From a virus (lineage: Duplodnaviria > Heunggongvirae > Uroviricota > Caudoviricetes), in the IMG/VR virus record IMGVR_UViG_2660238524_000003: DNA of 40,665 nt; one strand, 5' to 3'. Position 1 is the stretch's first letter, and the number at the start of each line of letters is the position of its first letter. The notes below the pieces were generated by a model that saw nothing but the letters and a program-made list of their open reading frames with translations, was not told where the DNA came from and did no database searches. Made by a program: the position numbers and the translations under genes. Below, in pieces: positions 29,722 through 38,208 of the stretch.

Positions 29722-30321
29722 ATGAACAGTAAACTTGGGTATCCTTCAATTTATCTGTTTTCTAAAAGAAGCTCCCTGAAAATAAAACGACATAATACTA
29801 AGTTCAGTATAGTTAATTTTATTCGTGGAGTTTTTTTATTTCCTGTATCAGCTTTTGATAAAGCAGAACATCATAAAACCACACTGCATTCTATACTTAT
29901 TAAAGTCTTTTGGCCGCAAATACGAGATGGTTATATAAATGTTTTTTCTGTATCTACGCTATATCGACGTAAGGGCTTGAGGGGCGATCTTTTTCGCCTT
30001 GCTTATCATTATGTGTATGAACATTCTAAAAATCATCAGGTGAAAATGCAAAACTATGTTGCTTTGTATGGTTTTTGTAGAAACATTACATTTGTTTTTC
30101 TCGCTTCAGTCTGGTTGCTTATGTTCCTGCTCCTTCTATCCTTTTTAATAGATATAAATATCAGACTGTTACCTTTTTGTTTTCTTCTCTTGTTTTGTAT
30201 TGCTGCATCCCGAGTATTTTATTATGGTTTTGTTAAGTATTATCGCCGCTATTCTCTTGAGGTTTTAATGGCATTTGCGGTACTTCAGCACGATAAAAAA
30301 ACTTCGGCAATTTCATCATGA
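29722..30321 (+). CDS. C-terminal ORF of the IS1-split membrane protein gene
   Basis: 199-aa ORF from an internal in-frame ATG; C-terminal TM helices; no obvious SD. Confidence 0.5.
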   Translation: MNSKLGYPSIYLFSKRSSLKIKRHNTKFSIVNFIRGVFLFPVSAFDKAEHHKTTLHSILIKVFWPQIRDGYINVFSVSTLYRRKGLRGDLFRLAYHYVYEHSKNHQVKMQNYVALYGFCRNITFVFLASVWLLMFLLLLSFLIDINIRLLPFCFLLLFCIAASRVFYYGFVKYYRRYSLEVLMAFAVLQHDKKTSAISS

Positions 30322-30332
30322 TTTGAAACATT

Positions 30333-30355
30333 GGCACCCTGTTAGCAAGGGTGCC
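30333..30355. terminator. stem-loop between convergent cargo and partition genes
   Basis: ggcaccct/agggtgcc 8-bp stem. Confidence 0.35.
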
Positions 30356-30404
30356 AGAATGATGTGTTGGTCTGTATTTTATTAGTTCACATACAATTAT
30401 CAGA

Positions 30405-30719
30405 TTATTCTGGGAATAAGGTCTGAATATTCTTTTTTATTTTATAAAAATTGCATTCAACTCCGCTAGGCTGATTATCCTGGTATGTTTCCTTGATGCT
30501 AACGGTATTGAAGGGGAGGTTGTCCTCTGGCCATTCGGCCATCCAGTAGGCAAATGCTGGGTTGCGCTTTATGAGCGCTAGCCCAGCCAGAAAGGCCGCG
30601 CGTTGCGCGCGGCTGCGTTCGGAGGCTGGCAGGCTATCGAGGTAATTGCACGCCTCCTGTTCACTCTTGACGGCGGCGGGCTTCAGATAGAAACTTATCC
30701 GTCTGGTTGGTGTCGTCAT
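30405..30719 (-). CDS. ParR/StbB-like centromere-binding adaptor
   Basis: 104 aa from ATG 30719 (AAGGAG RBS), directly downstream of the ParM-like gene; ...LDSLPASERSRAQRAAFLAGLAL... resembles R1 ParR as recalled. Confidence 0.65.
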   Translation of the reverse strand: MTTPTRRISFYLKPAAVKSEQEACNYLDSLPASERSRAQRAAFLAGLALIKRNPAFAYWMAEWPEDNLPFNTVSIKETYQDNQPSGVECNFYKIKKNIQTLFPE

Positions 30720-30723
30720 TGGT

Positions 30724-31683
30724 TTACTCCTTGTCCATTGCGTACAGCCCATTAACCAGAGCAAACTGTGGCACCCCGTCCGCGATGAAAGTCGCATTAA
30801 CTCCGCAGACTTCGCGGATAGCGGGTGCCACAATCTCCGCCCCTCCACCGACAACCATCACCCGCCCGTAACCCGAAAAAACCGCCAGCGCGCGGATCAC
30901 GCGTTGTTTCAGTGTTTCTTCCTTTTCACGAATAACCGCCATCAGGCTGGCGTAATGCGCGTCATTGTGGATGTGCTGGCGCAGCCAGGCTTCATCATGG
31001 CGATGTTCGATAATGGTATTGGCGATGTGGTGACTGGTGCGCATACCGTTAGTGGCCATCACCGACAGTACGGCATCGGCCATCAGGGAAACGCCTACGT
31101 GTGGATCGCAAAACACCTGGCTGATACCTGCCAGTTGCCCTTGAACCTTTGCCACATCCAGCGTGGTTCCGCCTAAATCCACAATCAGCAGGGATTCAAA
31201 CGGACTCATGTCAGCCAGTGCTTTAAAGCCAGCCGGAATGGATTCAGGCATAACCCGCACGTTACGGATAGTGAATGCTTCGCCGTTCTGGTATTCCACC
31301 GGGCGCATAACGTTCGCTTTTTTGCGGTTGATGTTGGCCATGTCCGGCTGTGCGTTTGTGTCGAAATACTCGCTCAGTGGCAGGGTGACAACCACATCCA
31401 CCTCCTGTGGCGTGATGCCTGATTTGACCAGCGCGTGATGAATGGCGATTACATTCACATCGCTGTACTGGTATTGCGTGTCGGTCGTCTGGACAAAGCG
31501 ATCGCTAACCGGATCAAAACCATAGCGCACGCCATCAAGCATGTAGTTCGCGGGCTGCATGCCACCGAACGGCGCAGACCATTCCGACTTGAAGCTGTTC
31601 GGGCTGATGGCGTTGCGGCGTTCGCCATTCTCAGTCCATGCCAGCTTGATGTTGGTGGAGCCGTCGTCGATACAAATTTTCAT
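30724..31683 (-). CDS. ParM/StbA-like actin-family partition ATPase
   Basis: 319 aa; N-terminal MKICIDDGSTNIKLAW and later blocks (VMPESIPAG, IVDLGGTT, VGGGAE) match the ParM/StbA actin fold. Confidence 0.85.
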   Translation of the reverse strand: MKICIDDGSTNIKLAWTENGERRNAISPNSFKSEWSAPFGGMQPANYMLDGVRYGFDPVSDRFVQTTDTQYQYSDVNVIAIHHALVKSGITPQEVDVVVTLPLSEYFDTNAQPDMANINRKKANVMRPVEYQNGEAFTIRNVRVMPESIPAGFKALADMSPFESLLIVDLGGTTLDVAKVQGQLAGISQVFCDPHVGVSLMADAVLSVMATNGMRTSHHIANTIIEHRHDEAWLRQHIHNDAHYASLMAVIREKEETLKQRVIRALAVFSGYGRVMVVGGGAEIVAPAIREVCGVNATFIADGVPQFALVNGLYAMDKE

Positions 31684-31714
31684 GTCGCTTTTCCTTATGT
31701 TGATTAATTAATCG

Positions 31715-31826
31715 TTTACGGGATTCTGAAATCCCGTTTTTGCCTGTTTTGTGCGCGCTTCATATATCGCTGCGCGTTTTTTGCTCATTTACGGGATTCG
31801 TAAGTCCCGTTTCTGTCTGTTTTTTG
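31715..31826. repeat. two ~39-bp palindrome-containing direct repeats upstream of the ParM-like gene
   Basis: TTTACGGGATTCTGAAATCCCGTTT (31715-31753, intergenic) and TTTACGGGATTCGTAAGTCCCGTTT (31788-31826, within the 3' end of gene A), 73 bp apart. Confidence 0.6.
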
Positions 31827-34582
31827 TTTCCACTGGTCAGGCCACCCCGCAGCAGGTCTGCTTTGCGGCTGGCGCGTTCAGTGGTTTCACTGATTCTCTG
31901 TGCGTGCTCTGCGTCGCGGATGGCGCGCAGCATGTCAGAAAGCACGGTAACGGGTGTTTTCATGGTGTTCTGGCCCTGCTGAAGTGTGGATGCCAGGCGT
32001 GCGGCGGCTTCAGGGTCTGATGCCCCCAGCTGTGCCAGATAGCTGGCGACCGGGTTATGGCGGATCTCCGTGCTGCTTACGCCATGATTACGGCTCAGGC
32101 GCTGCCAGAGCTGCGTGATTCGGCTGTCCGGGCGGGTATCCGGTTTGCGTACAATTTCAAATCCCTGCGGTGCAATGATGCTGCCGTCAACGTACAGACT
32201 GCCGCCCCGTAACAGGTGCTGCATCTGTTGTTCACCGATATGCAGGCCGAGAGATTCAGCAGACTCCCGCCATTCTTTAGCGAGTAATTCGTGGTTATCA
32301 GGCAAAGGCCGCTGCTGTTTGCGGCTCTGTGTCCAGCTCTGCATTTCATCGCTGCTGTTTTTTGCCTGTTTGTCACGAAGCGAACGCATCAGCGCCCGGC
32401 GTTCGTGTCGTTTCAGTGAGCGCATCCATTCGTTCACTTCAACGCCGTCAGGGAGCTGCGGCCACGGTGCTGGCCGTTCTTCCGGCTGTTCTGTCCCGTT
32501 GTTGTCCGTTTCCTGTACACGGGGACAGTTATTGCCACGAGTCCAAGGGGCGGCAGGGCCGCCCTGAAGGTCAAAACCATTTTCGCGGGCGCTGTCTTCC
32601 GCTTCCGGTTTACGTCTTACCAGCTTCCAGTTATCCGGATGCGTGCACACACGGGAGGATTCCCCGATGAGTGGTGACCAGATCCCGTAAATCTGTACGC
32701 TCTGTTCGCCGTAATCGTTCAGCTCATCTGCGAGGTCGTAGGCGGTGCGAATCAGGTAGTCCTTGCGTGGAACAAGCACGCCACCCTGTTTTTCAATGTA
32801 GGTGGCAAAACACCCGGCATCGGCGGCAGCGAGTACCGCATCCATTGCATCATCTTTCAGCCGTTGCGGGCCTTCCGGATTGCGTGCCATCTGGCTGGCA
32901 AGGCGGCGCAGTTCACGCCACACCTGACGGGAGGGGATGCCAAAGAACTGGAACTGACGGACCCGGTGAAGGCGCGCCCAGCCGATGGCGCGCTCCACGC
33001 TCTCGGCCATTGATTTTCCGGTTTCGTGGTCCACGCGTGGCTTGCCCGTTTTCGGGTCGATGCCATCCACGGCGCGGCTGTCCAGGTTCTTTCCGATGTA
33101 GGTGGCGATGTAGCTGGTTGGCGTGCCTTTTGAGCCGTCGACATACTCCACCTTAAAGCGCGGAGTAATATCATTGCCCAGCTCGTGGCGGTCTTCCTGA
33201 ATGGCAATATCGCGGGTATGGGACACAATGGTGTCGATTTCTTCCGGATGTGCAAAGACCATCATATGCCAGTGCACGGTGCCGTCATGATGAGGCTCCA
33301 CCGTGCGGATGCCATACCAGCGCAGGCCGTCGCGGTTCAGTTTTTTGCGGACCGCCGCAAAAAACGTGTTAACCAGGTAATCGCTGGAGTCGCGCATTGT
33401 GGCCCCGTTCCATTTGGGATTCGGATGACCGTTCTCCGTTGTGGCGTGGTATTTTGACGGGCAGGTGACAGTCAGAAACACCGCTTTGTCGCCACGGGCT
33501 TCGGCCAGAAGTTCCAGTCCCTTCATGGTGGCCATCATTTCTGCCTTACGGTGAACCGGGTTACTTACTCCCGCGTAATACACTGTCTCGAGATCAATCG
33601 TGAACCCGTCTTCATTTTCCAGCATGAAACTTTTCAGGAAATCGCGTGTTTTCTCGCGCTGTGCGCGAAACTCGCTTAACGCGTCCTGGCTCAGATAGGG
33701 TGATGTTTTTCTGGAAACCAGACAGGCGGCGCGGAGTTGTTCTTCTCTCCACTCGCAACGTAACAGCCACAGTTTGCGTTTCCACCATTCCGCACAGGTC
33801 AGGCGAAGGATTGCGCCCGGCAGCAGCTCCGTGTCCGGTTCGTTCCTCCGGTCTTTGTCTGTTGTCAGTGCGTCATAATGTGGAGGCATGGCGTGCAGGT
33901 GTAACGCCATGCGGGCCAGCATCTGATACGCCTTCAGGGTTACATCCATGGTCAGCTCGCCATCGGTCGCGCCAAAGCCATCGCAGAGTTTTTCGAAGGT
34001 GCTGCTGAACATCGCCGCCGTCATGGTGGCCAGCGTCTGTATCTGGTGTTTGTTGAGCTGCGGCAGGTAAAGCAAATCGTCCAGGCGTTCGCGTCCGGCA
34101 AGGGAGCGATAACCCGGTGTCAGCCAGCGTCCGTCAGTGCTATCCAGACGTTCGAATATTTTGCGCAGGGTTCCGCGTGCATAGCGTTCCGCCTGCCAGC
34201 TCTTTTTGCCTTTCCGGCGATCGGCTTCCTGTTTTTTGCGCAGGAAGGAGAGGTGGCGAATAAGCGGATCGCGCAGATAGGACGGCAGCAGGCGCAGCGA
34301 GGCCATGGCTTCATCCACCGCGCCACGTGCCTGTTTTCTGGCGTCTCCTGCCAGTGTGATGGTTTTGTCCTGTTTTTCCTGTGCGTCCAGGCTTTTATTA
34401 ATCAGGTTGCCCAGCGGCGTGGCTGAGAACGCCGCATCAGCCATTTCCTGGCGGCGCTCGTTCTCTGCCCGGTAGGCATCCAGCCAGGAGGAAAGCGCGG
34501 ATTCAGGAGCGGGGATCCCCGTTCCTTCACGCCCCACTGCGTGGCGCGGTTGTTGCCAGTCCCTGAGGTACTCTGCCGTCAT
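31760..34582 (-). CDS. replication initiation endonuclease A (rolling-circle)
   Basis: 940 aa; H-x-H metal motif (HWHMMVF) and position as in P2-like phages. Confidence 0.88.
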   Translation of the reverse strand: MTAEYLRDWQQPRHAVGREGTGIPAPESALSSWLDAYRAENERRQEMADAAFSATPLGNLINKSLDAQEKQDKTITLAGDARKQARGAVDEAMASLRLLPSYLRDPLIRHLSFLRKKQEADRRKGKKSWQAERYARGTLRKIFERLDSTDGRWLTPGYRSLAGRERLDDLLYLPQLNKHQIQTLATMTAAMFSSTFEKLCDGFGATDGELTMDVTLKAYQMLARMALHLHAMPPHYDALTTDKDRRNEPDTELLPGAILRLTCAEWWKRKLWLLRCEWREEQLRAACLVSRKTSPYLSQDALSEFRAQREKTRDFLKSFMLENEDGFTIDLETVYYAGVSNPVHRKAEMMATMKGLELLAEARGDKAVFLTVTCPSKYHATTENGHPNPKWNGATMRDSSDYLVNTFFAAVRKKLNRDGLRWYGIRTVEPHHDGTVHWHMMVFAHPEEIDTIVSHTRDIAIQEDRHELGNDITPRFKVEYVDGSKGTPTSYIATYIGKNLDSRAVDGIDPKTGKPRVDHETGKSMAESVERAIGWARLHRVRQFQFFGIPSRQVWRELRRLASQMARNPEGPQRLKDDAMDAVLAAADAGCFATYIEKQGGVLVPRKDYLIRTAYDLADELNDYGEQSVQIYGIWSPLIGESSRVCTHPDNWKLVRRKPEAEDSARENGFDLQGGPAAPWTRGNNCPRVQETDNNGTEQPEERPAPWPQLPDGVEVNEWMRSLKRHERRALMRSLRDKQAKNSSDEMQSWTQSRKQQRPLPDNHELLAKEWRESAESLGLHIGEQQMQHLLRGGSLYVDGSIIAPQGFEIVRKPDTRPDSRITQLWQRLSRNHGVSSTEIRHNPVASYLAQLGASDPEAAARLASTLQQGQNTMKTPVTVLSDMLRAIRDAEHAQRISETTERASRKADLLRGGLTSGNKKQTETGLTNPVNEQKTRSDI

Positions 34583-34588
34583 AGTGAT

Positions 34589-34954
34589 TTACTTCGTCAT
34601 GCCATTCAGGGTGTCGCGGCAGACTGTAGCCAGCCGCTGAATTTCCAGCACGGTGTCTTCTGTGTCGGCATGGCGATGTGTGATGCGGATGCTGTCGGCA
34701 ATCACATCGACGATTGCAGAGGATGGGCGCTGGTAAATGCCAATAACGGACGGGGTGCCACCTTCAATGCGGTAAAGCCTGTAATTTCCCTCGTGGCTGT
34801 CAATCATGTAGCGACCATCAATAACAATCTTTCCGTCAGCGAGCTGCGGTACAGGCAGGGATTTCAGGTACATGTCATAACGATCACGCACGCGAGCGGC
34901 AAGATCACGTTCTGTATTGAGCAGGTATTCAAGAAAGTCGTTGGCGAGAATCAT
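34589..34954 (-). CDS. hypothetical early protein
   Basis: 121 aa, AAGAGGA RBS, immediately upstream of A. Confidence 0.55.
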   Translation of the reverse strand: MILANDFLEYLLNTERDLAARVRDRYDMYLKSLPVPQLADGKIVIDGRYMIDSHEGNYRLYRIEGGTPSVIGIYQRPSSAIVDVIADSIRITHRHADTEDTVLEIQRLATVCRDTLNGMTK

Positions 34955-35026
34955 TGCGGCAATCCTCTTGTTACAGATGTGCGAAGGCCTCCCGCCGCAA
35001 GGTGCAGGAAAGGCCCGGAACAGGAA

Positions 35027-35257
35027 TTAATGGAGTTTGTTTTGCTGCTGGATGAGCTGTTGAAGCTCGTGCAGATCATCCGCCAGATAGCTGAAAACAG
35101 AGGCGGAATAAATGTTTGATAGTGCGTGGCTGCGCTCATGCAGCATATTGATGTGCATGATTTGCGCGACGCGTGATGCGCGGGAAAGTCTGCGGTTGAT
35201 TTCAGTCTGGATGTGACGACGCTCCGCGATAGCGCGGTGCTGTTTGCGGTTTGCCAT
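35027..35257 (-). CDS. hypothetical early protein (basic, 76 aa)
   Basis: ORF with AAGGGG-type RBS embedded in the adjacent repeat element. Confidence 0.5.
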   Translation of the reverse strand: MANRKQHRAIAERRHIQTEINRRLSRASRVAQIMHINMLHERSHALSNIYSASVFSYLADDLHELQQLIQQQNKLH

Positions 35258-35579
35258 GGTGTGGCCCCTTGTGTAGTAAGTTGTGAAAACTCACCATCCA
35301 GAGCTGCGAAACTGTGGGTGGCGAGACGTACGAGGTTCGCAGTACCGGCTACACAAGAACCCGGCCCGACCGAAGTCGGCCCCGTACGCCCCGCCATAAT
35401 TCTGACGCGAAAAAAACGTGGCAATACAGTACGCACAAAAAAACCGCTGGCGCGGTTGTGCGCTTGTGTAGTCAGCAGGCTGCGAAACCCGGCACCCGTT
35501 TTATGAGGTGCAGCGGAAATGTAACCTGACTGATTGCGGCATGGCAAGCGGTTTTTTTGTGTGTGCATGCTCTGGTTTC
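35258..35579 (-). ncRNA. structured non-coding element with nested complementary repeats
   Basis: About 320 bp without a credible ORF. CTTGTGTAG and GCTGCGAA(A)C each occur twice direct (35268/35463; 35303/35479) and once inverted (35349-35357; 35335-35342). Confidence 0.4.
35433..35457 (-). terminator. intra-operon rho-independent terminator
   Basis: aaccgc-tggc-gcggtt hairpin followed on the - strand by UUUUUUU. Confidence 0.6.
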
Positions 35580-35879
35580 TTACTGGTTCAGAAAAAAATC
35601 AAAAACCTTGTCAATACGTTGCAGCAGCTCTTGCTGTATTGCTTCCGGCGTTTCCGGTTCGCCTGGCACCTCCAATGTCGCGCAGAAATCAGCGATTTCA
35701 TGATGGAGCGTCAGGCGAATGGCAGGAGCCGTGGTTCTGGCGTGCTCCAGCTCATCCAGCAATGCCAGCGCAGCAGACGGCGAGAGCATTGCGCGAAATG
35801 CCAGTAATTTTTGAGGTGTTGCCATTCGTTGCAGGGCAAATGCCAGTTCGCGTAGCTTCTGGTGGTTGATGGTGCTCAT
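35580..35879 (-). CDS. hypothetical early protein
   Basis: 99 aa; ATGA overlap with upstream gene. Confidence 0.55.
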   Translation of the reverse strand: MSTINHQKLRELAFALQRMATPQKLLAFRAMLSPSAALALLDELEHARTTAPAIRLTLHHEIADFCATLEVPGEPETPEAIQQELLQRIDKVFDFFLNQ

Positions 35880-36142
35880 GTTCTGGCTTCCTTCAGTAGC
35901 TGGTTAAACATGTGAGTAAGTGGATTGCTACACCCGAACGGCATCGGGTTTACGTGGTAAGAAGCCTGGCCTCCAGTTTTGCGAGCGCGACCACCTGTGC
36001 TGCGGTTTGTTCTGATGACTAAGCCGCCGCGCCAAAGTTGGCGTAACTCAGCATTAATGGCTGTGGTTGGAGTATTCAGTGCTGCGGCGATCTCTCCGCC
36101 GCTACACCCCGGATGAGTAGCGATGTAGTCCAGAATGGTCAT
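35876..36142 (-). CDS. hypothetical small protein, possible winged-helix DNA binding
   Basis: 88 aa; ...GCSGGEIAAALNTPTTAINAELRQL... helix-turn-helix-like; ATGA coupling. Confidence 0.5.
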   Translation of the reverse strand: MTILDYIATHPGCSGGEIAAALNTPTTAINAELRQLWRGGLVIRTNRSTGGRARKTGGQASYHVNPMPFGCSNPLTHMFNQLLKEART

Positions 36143-36342
36143 CTGCGTGGCTCCTGTACCTGTCGGATAAGGTTTACCCGCGCCACATTAGTGGCGCAGA
36201 AGTAAGTGCCGTCAGTGAGGTAGATGTGGTGTGCATCCTTTTCCGAACGATGTTTGTCGATAGTGGTAATCAGGCGTTCGTCGACCTCGTATTCGCGCCC
36301 TCTGGAGGTAAAGCGAACGACGGGAAAATGCTTAATTGCCAT
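36139..36342 (-). CDS. hypothetical early protein
   Basis: 67 aa; translationally coupled. Confidence 0.5.
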   Translation of the reverse strand: MAIKHFPVVRFTSRGREYEVDERLITTIDKHRSEKDAHHIYLTDGTYFCATNVARVNLIRQVQEPRR

Positions 36343-36365
36343 TGCGCCCCCTTTGTCCAGTAACT

Positions 36366-36776
36366 CTATGCGTTAAATACGGTGCACTGTGCGTCATCAA
36401 TGAATGCGACTTGAGAGCGCTCTATCAGGCGGAGATTTGTCAGAATTTCTGATTCCCTTATGGGGTGAGGAGTGATCAGGTATTTATCCTGTAACCCGGC
36501 GATAATGGTGTATCGCTGTAGCTCCGAGCCAATTGTGTAAATAAGGCGTCCGGTGTTAGACAAATCCAGTCCGGTGACTGGTTGTGTTCTGAGAACCGCC
36601 AGTTCAGCATCCTGTTTTGCGATAATTTCGGCTGCTTCTGCCGTGACTCTTGCGACTATCAGTGTGTGGGTTGCGACGTCCATATGATTATTTGCTATGG
36701 CTTTTTTCGCTACTTCGTTTTCTGTCTTTGAAATTTCTTTCAGTGCTCTGATGATACCTTCTTCTTTTGCGTGCAT
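36366..36776 (-). CDS. hypothetical early protein
   Basis: 136 aa ORF on early-operon strand. Confidence 0.5.
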   Translation of the reverse strand: MHAKEEGIIRALKEISKTENEVAKKAIANNHMDVATHTLIVARVTAEAAEIIAKQDAELAVLRTQPVTGLDLSNTGRLIYTIGSELQRYTIIAGLQDKYLITPHPIRESEILTNLRLIERSQVAFIDDAQCTVFNA

Positions 36777-36869
36777 TTTTGTATCTCCGTTATTTGCGTG
36801 TGCGAATACCTCCGTTAATACGGATGGTTTTCACGTTTTCTTATTTAATTTGATGTTTTATTTGTATCG

Positions 36870-36983
36870 TTATTCACCAGTGAAAAAACGTTCAATCTTT
36901 TTTACTGAATGAATAATTCGCACAATGCCAATTGCGCAGACCACTGAAATAATCAGAACAATCCATGACATAAATATACTCAT
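36870..36983 (-). CDS. 37-aa hydrophobic peptide (MSIFMSWIVLIISVVCAIGIVRIIHSVKKIERFFTGE)
   Basis: Read manually; ATG overlaps the stop of the upstream gene (ATGA); single predicted TM helix. Below track cutoff. Confidence 0.3.
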   Translation of the reverse strand: MSIFMSWIVLIISVVCAIGIVRIIHSVKKIERFFTGE

Positions 36984-37222
36984 GCGATATTCCCCAGCTT
37001 ATACGGTTCAATATGTTCCCCGCATTCTGCGGCACAGATCAGCTCGGAAAGTTCGTTAAGTGCATCCAGATCATCAGCGTAAAAAGCCACGTCATACAGA
37101 CTCCGGATTGCCCTGGTCAATGAGTCACGGGCTGCACGTTCAGCATGAGCGCCTGATGCACTTAAGCGAAAATAAAAACGCTCAAGTGCTTTGTTAATGA
37201 GAGTTTTATATTCTTTGCCCAT
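36980..37222 (-). CDS. hypothetical early protein
   Basis: 80 aa from ATG 37222 (AAAGGG RBS); track ORF extends to 37273. Confidence 0.5.
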   Translation of the reverse strand: MGKEYKTLINKALERFYFRLSASGAHAERAARDSLTRAIRSLYDVAFYADDLDALNELSELICAAECGEHIEPYKLGNIA

Positions 37223-37233
37223 CGCAACGCCCT

Positions 37234-37512
37234 TTAATCTGCTTTCTGAATTTCTGCTTCTGAATCCATACAAATAATTTCGATATAGGGTTCATCGCCA
37301 TTAGTCTTACGTGCTTTTTCCGCTTCGCTAATGATTTCGTGTACAGTCTGGTACGGAAGTTCTACGGTCAGGCGCGTGCCGTTCAGATAAACGTAAGTAG
37401 CTGCATTTTTTTCGGATGGAACAACTCCGTCAATGGCTGATGCGCGTAATAACAGTTCACCGCGAAAATCAATAAAACGGATAAATACACCTTGTGCATG
37501 CTCTTTGGTCAT
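37234..37512 (-). CDS. hypothetical early protein
   Basis: 92 aa from ATG 37512 (AGGTG RBS). Confidence 0.5.
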   Translation of the reverse strand: MTKEHAQGVFIRFIDFRGELLLRASAIDGVVPSEKNAATYVYLNGTRLTVELPYQTVHEIISEAEKARKTNGDEPYIEIICMDSEAEIQKAD

Positions 37513-37522
37513 AAAGCACCTG

Positions 37523-37873
37523 TTATAAATCAGCCTGTTTAATAAAACTTTGCCCGTGAAGCAGACGATCAACCGTGCGAAGTGCTTCGTATAATGTGAA
37601 ATCCTGCCCGAACTGATTGTCGCCGTTGCTCAGTGCAAAAATGCGGTTTCCGGTAAATGGGTTGCGCTGGCATCTGTGAACCACGATTCCTGCTTTTTCA
37701 ATCAGCCAAGTGTGTTCACCAATTTGTTTTACTGGGTAGCCATCCGGCGTTGCGTGTGTTTCGCTCAGGCTGTAGCGAGAGTTGCTACGTGATGCACTGG
37801 TAGCGAAACGGTTAGCATGGCGTTCCGCACCGTTGCGGAAGCGCTGCTGTGAAGAATTGCGCTGTAGTTTCAT
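37523..37873 (-). CDS. hypothetical early protein
   Basis: 116 aa ORF. Confidence 0.5.
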   Translation of the reverse strand: MKLQRNSSQQRFRNGAERHANRFATSASRSNSRYSLSETHATPDGYPVKQIGEHTWLIEKAGIVVHRCQRNPFTGNRIFALSNGDNQFGQDFTLYEALRTVDRLLHGQSFIKQADL

Positions 37874-38010
37874 ATTAAAACTCTGTACCTTCGGTAAGGT
37901 GTACTCGTGTCACCTTGTATTGATTTGTGGTATTTTTTTTGTGTGTCTAGGACTTGGACTGGCCGGTTCAGGTCCTGGCTTATGTTTAATTAAATTGTTA
38001 AGAGGTTTTC

Positions 38011-38202
38011 ATGTCAGAAGATAAAAAAGTTGTTAATTTGTTGAGTGAACTTAGTGCTGCTCTGGATAACATTAACCCTCCCAGGGTAAAAACGACGGGT
38101 GATAAAGACGCATTAAACACAGAGATTCATATATTACTGGCGTTAGTAACTGACAAAATTCAGCGTAAATACCCACCTGTCACACAACTGGTTGATTTTT
38201 AA
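38011..38202 (+). CDS. hypothetical 63-aa protein on the opposite strand
   Basis: AAGAGG RBS 6 nt upstream of ATG; hairpin right after its stop. Confidence 0.45.
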   Translation: MSEDKKVVNLLSELSAALDNINPPRVKTTGDKDALNTEIHILLALVTDKIQRKYPPVTQLVDF

Positions 38203-38208
38203 TTTGAT

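Larger units (their letters stand above)
28703..30321 (+). pseudogene. polytopic membrane protein gene (cargo gene 2) split by IS1
   Basis: Native codons 1-60 (28703-28882), then IS1. Removing IS1 plus one 8-bp duplication joins ...YVVLI to VLSYISGHF... in frame with 29722-30321, giving one ~280-aa ORF with about five TM helices. Confidence 0.75.

Noticed and set aside
32115-33457. Several + strand ORFs (150, 113, 161, 90 aa) inside replication gene A
   Set aside because: Arg/Cys-rich antisense translations of a conserved coding region.
35213-35529. + strand ORFs of 97 and 71 aa in the structured non-coding region
   Set aside because: No RBS, Arg/Thr-rich translations, and they span the repeat and terminator elements; an RNA element is more likely than coding sequence.
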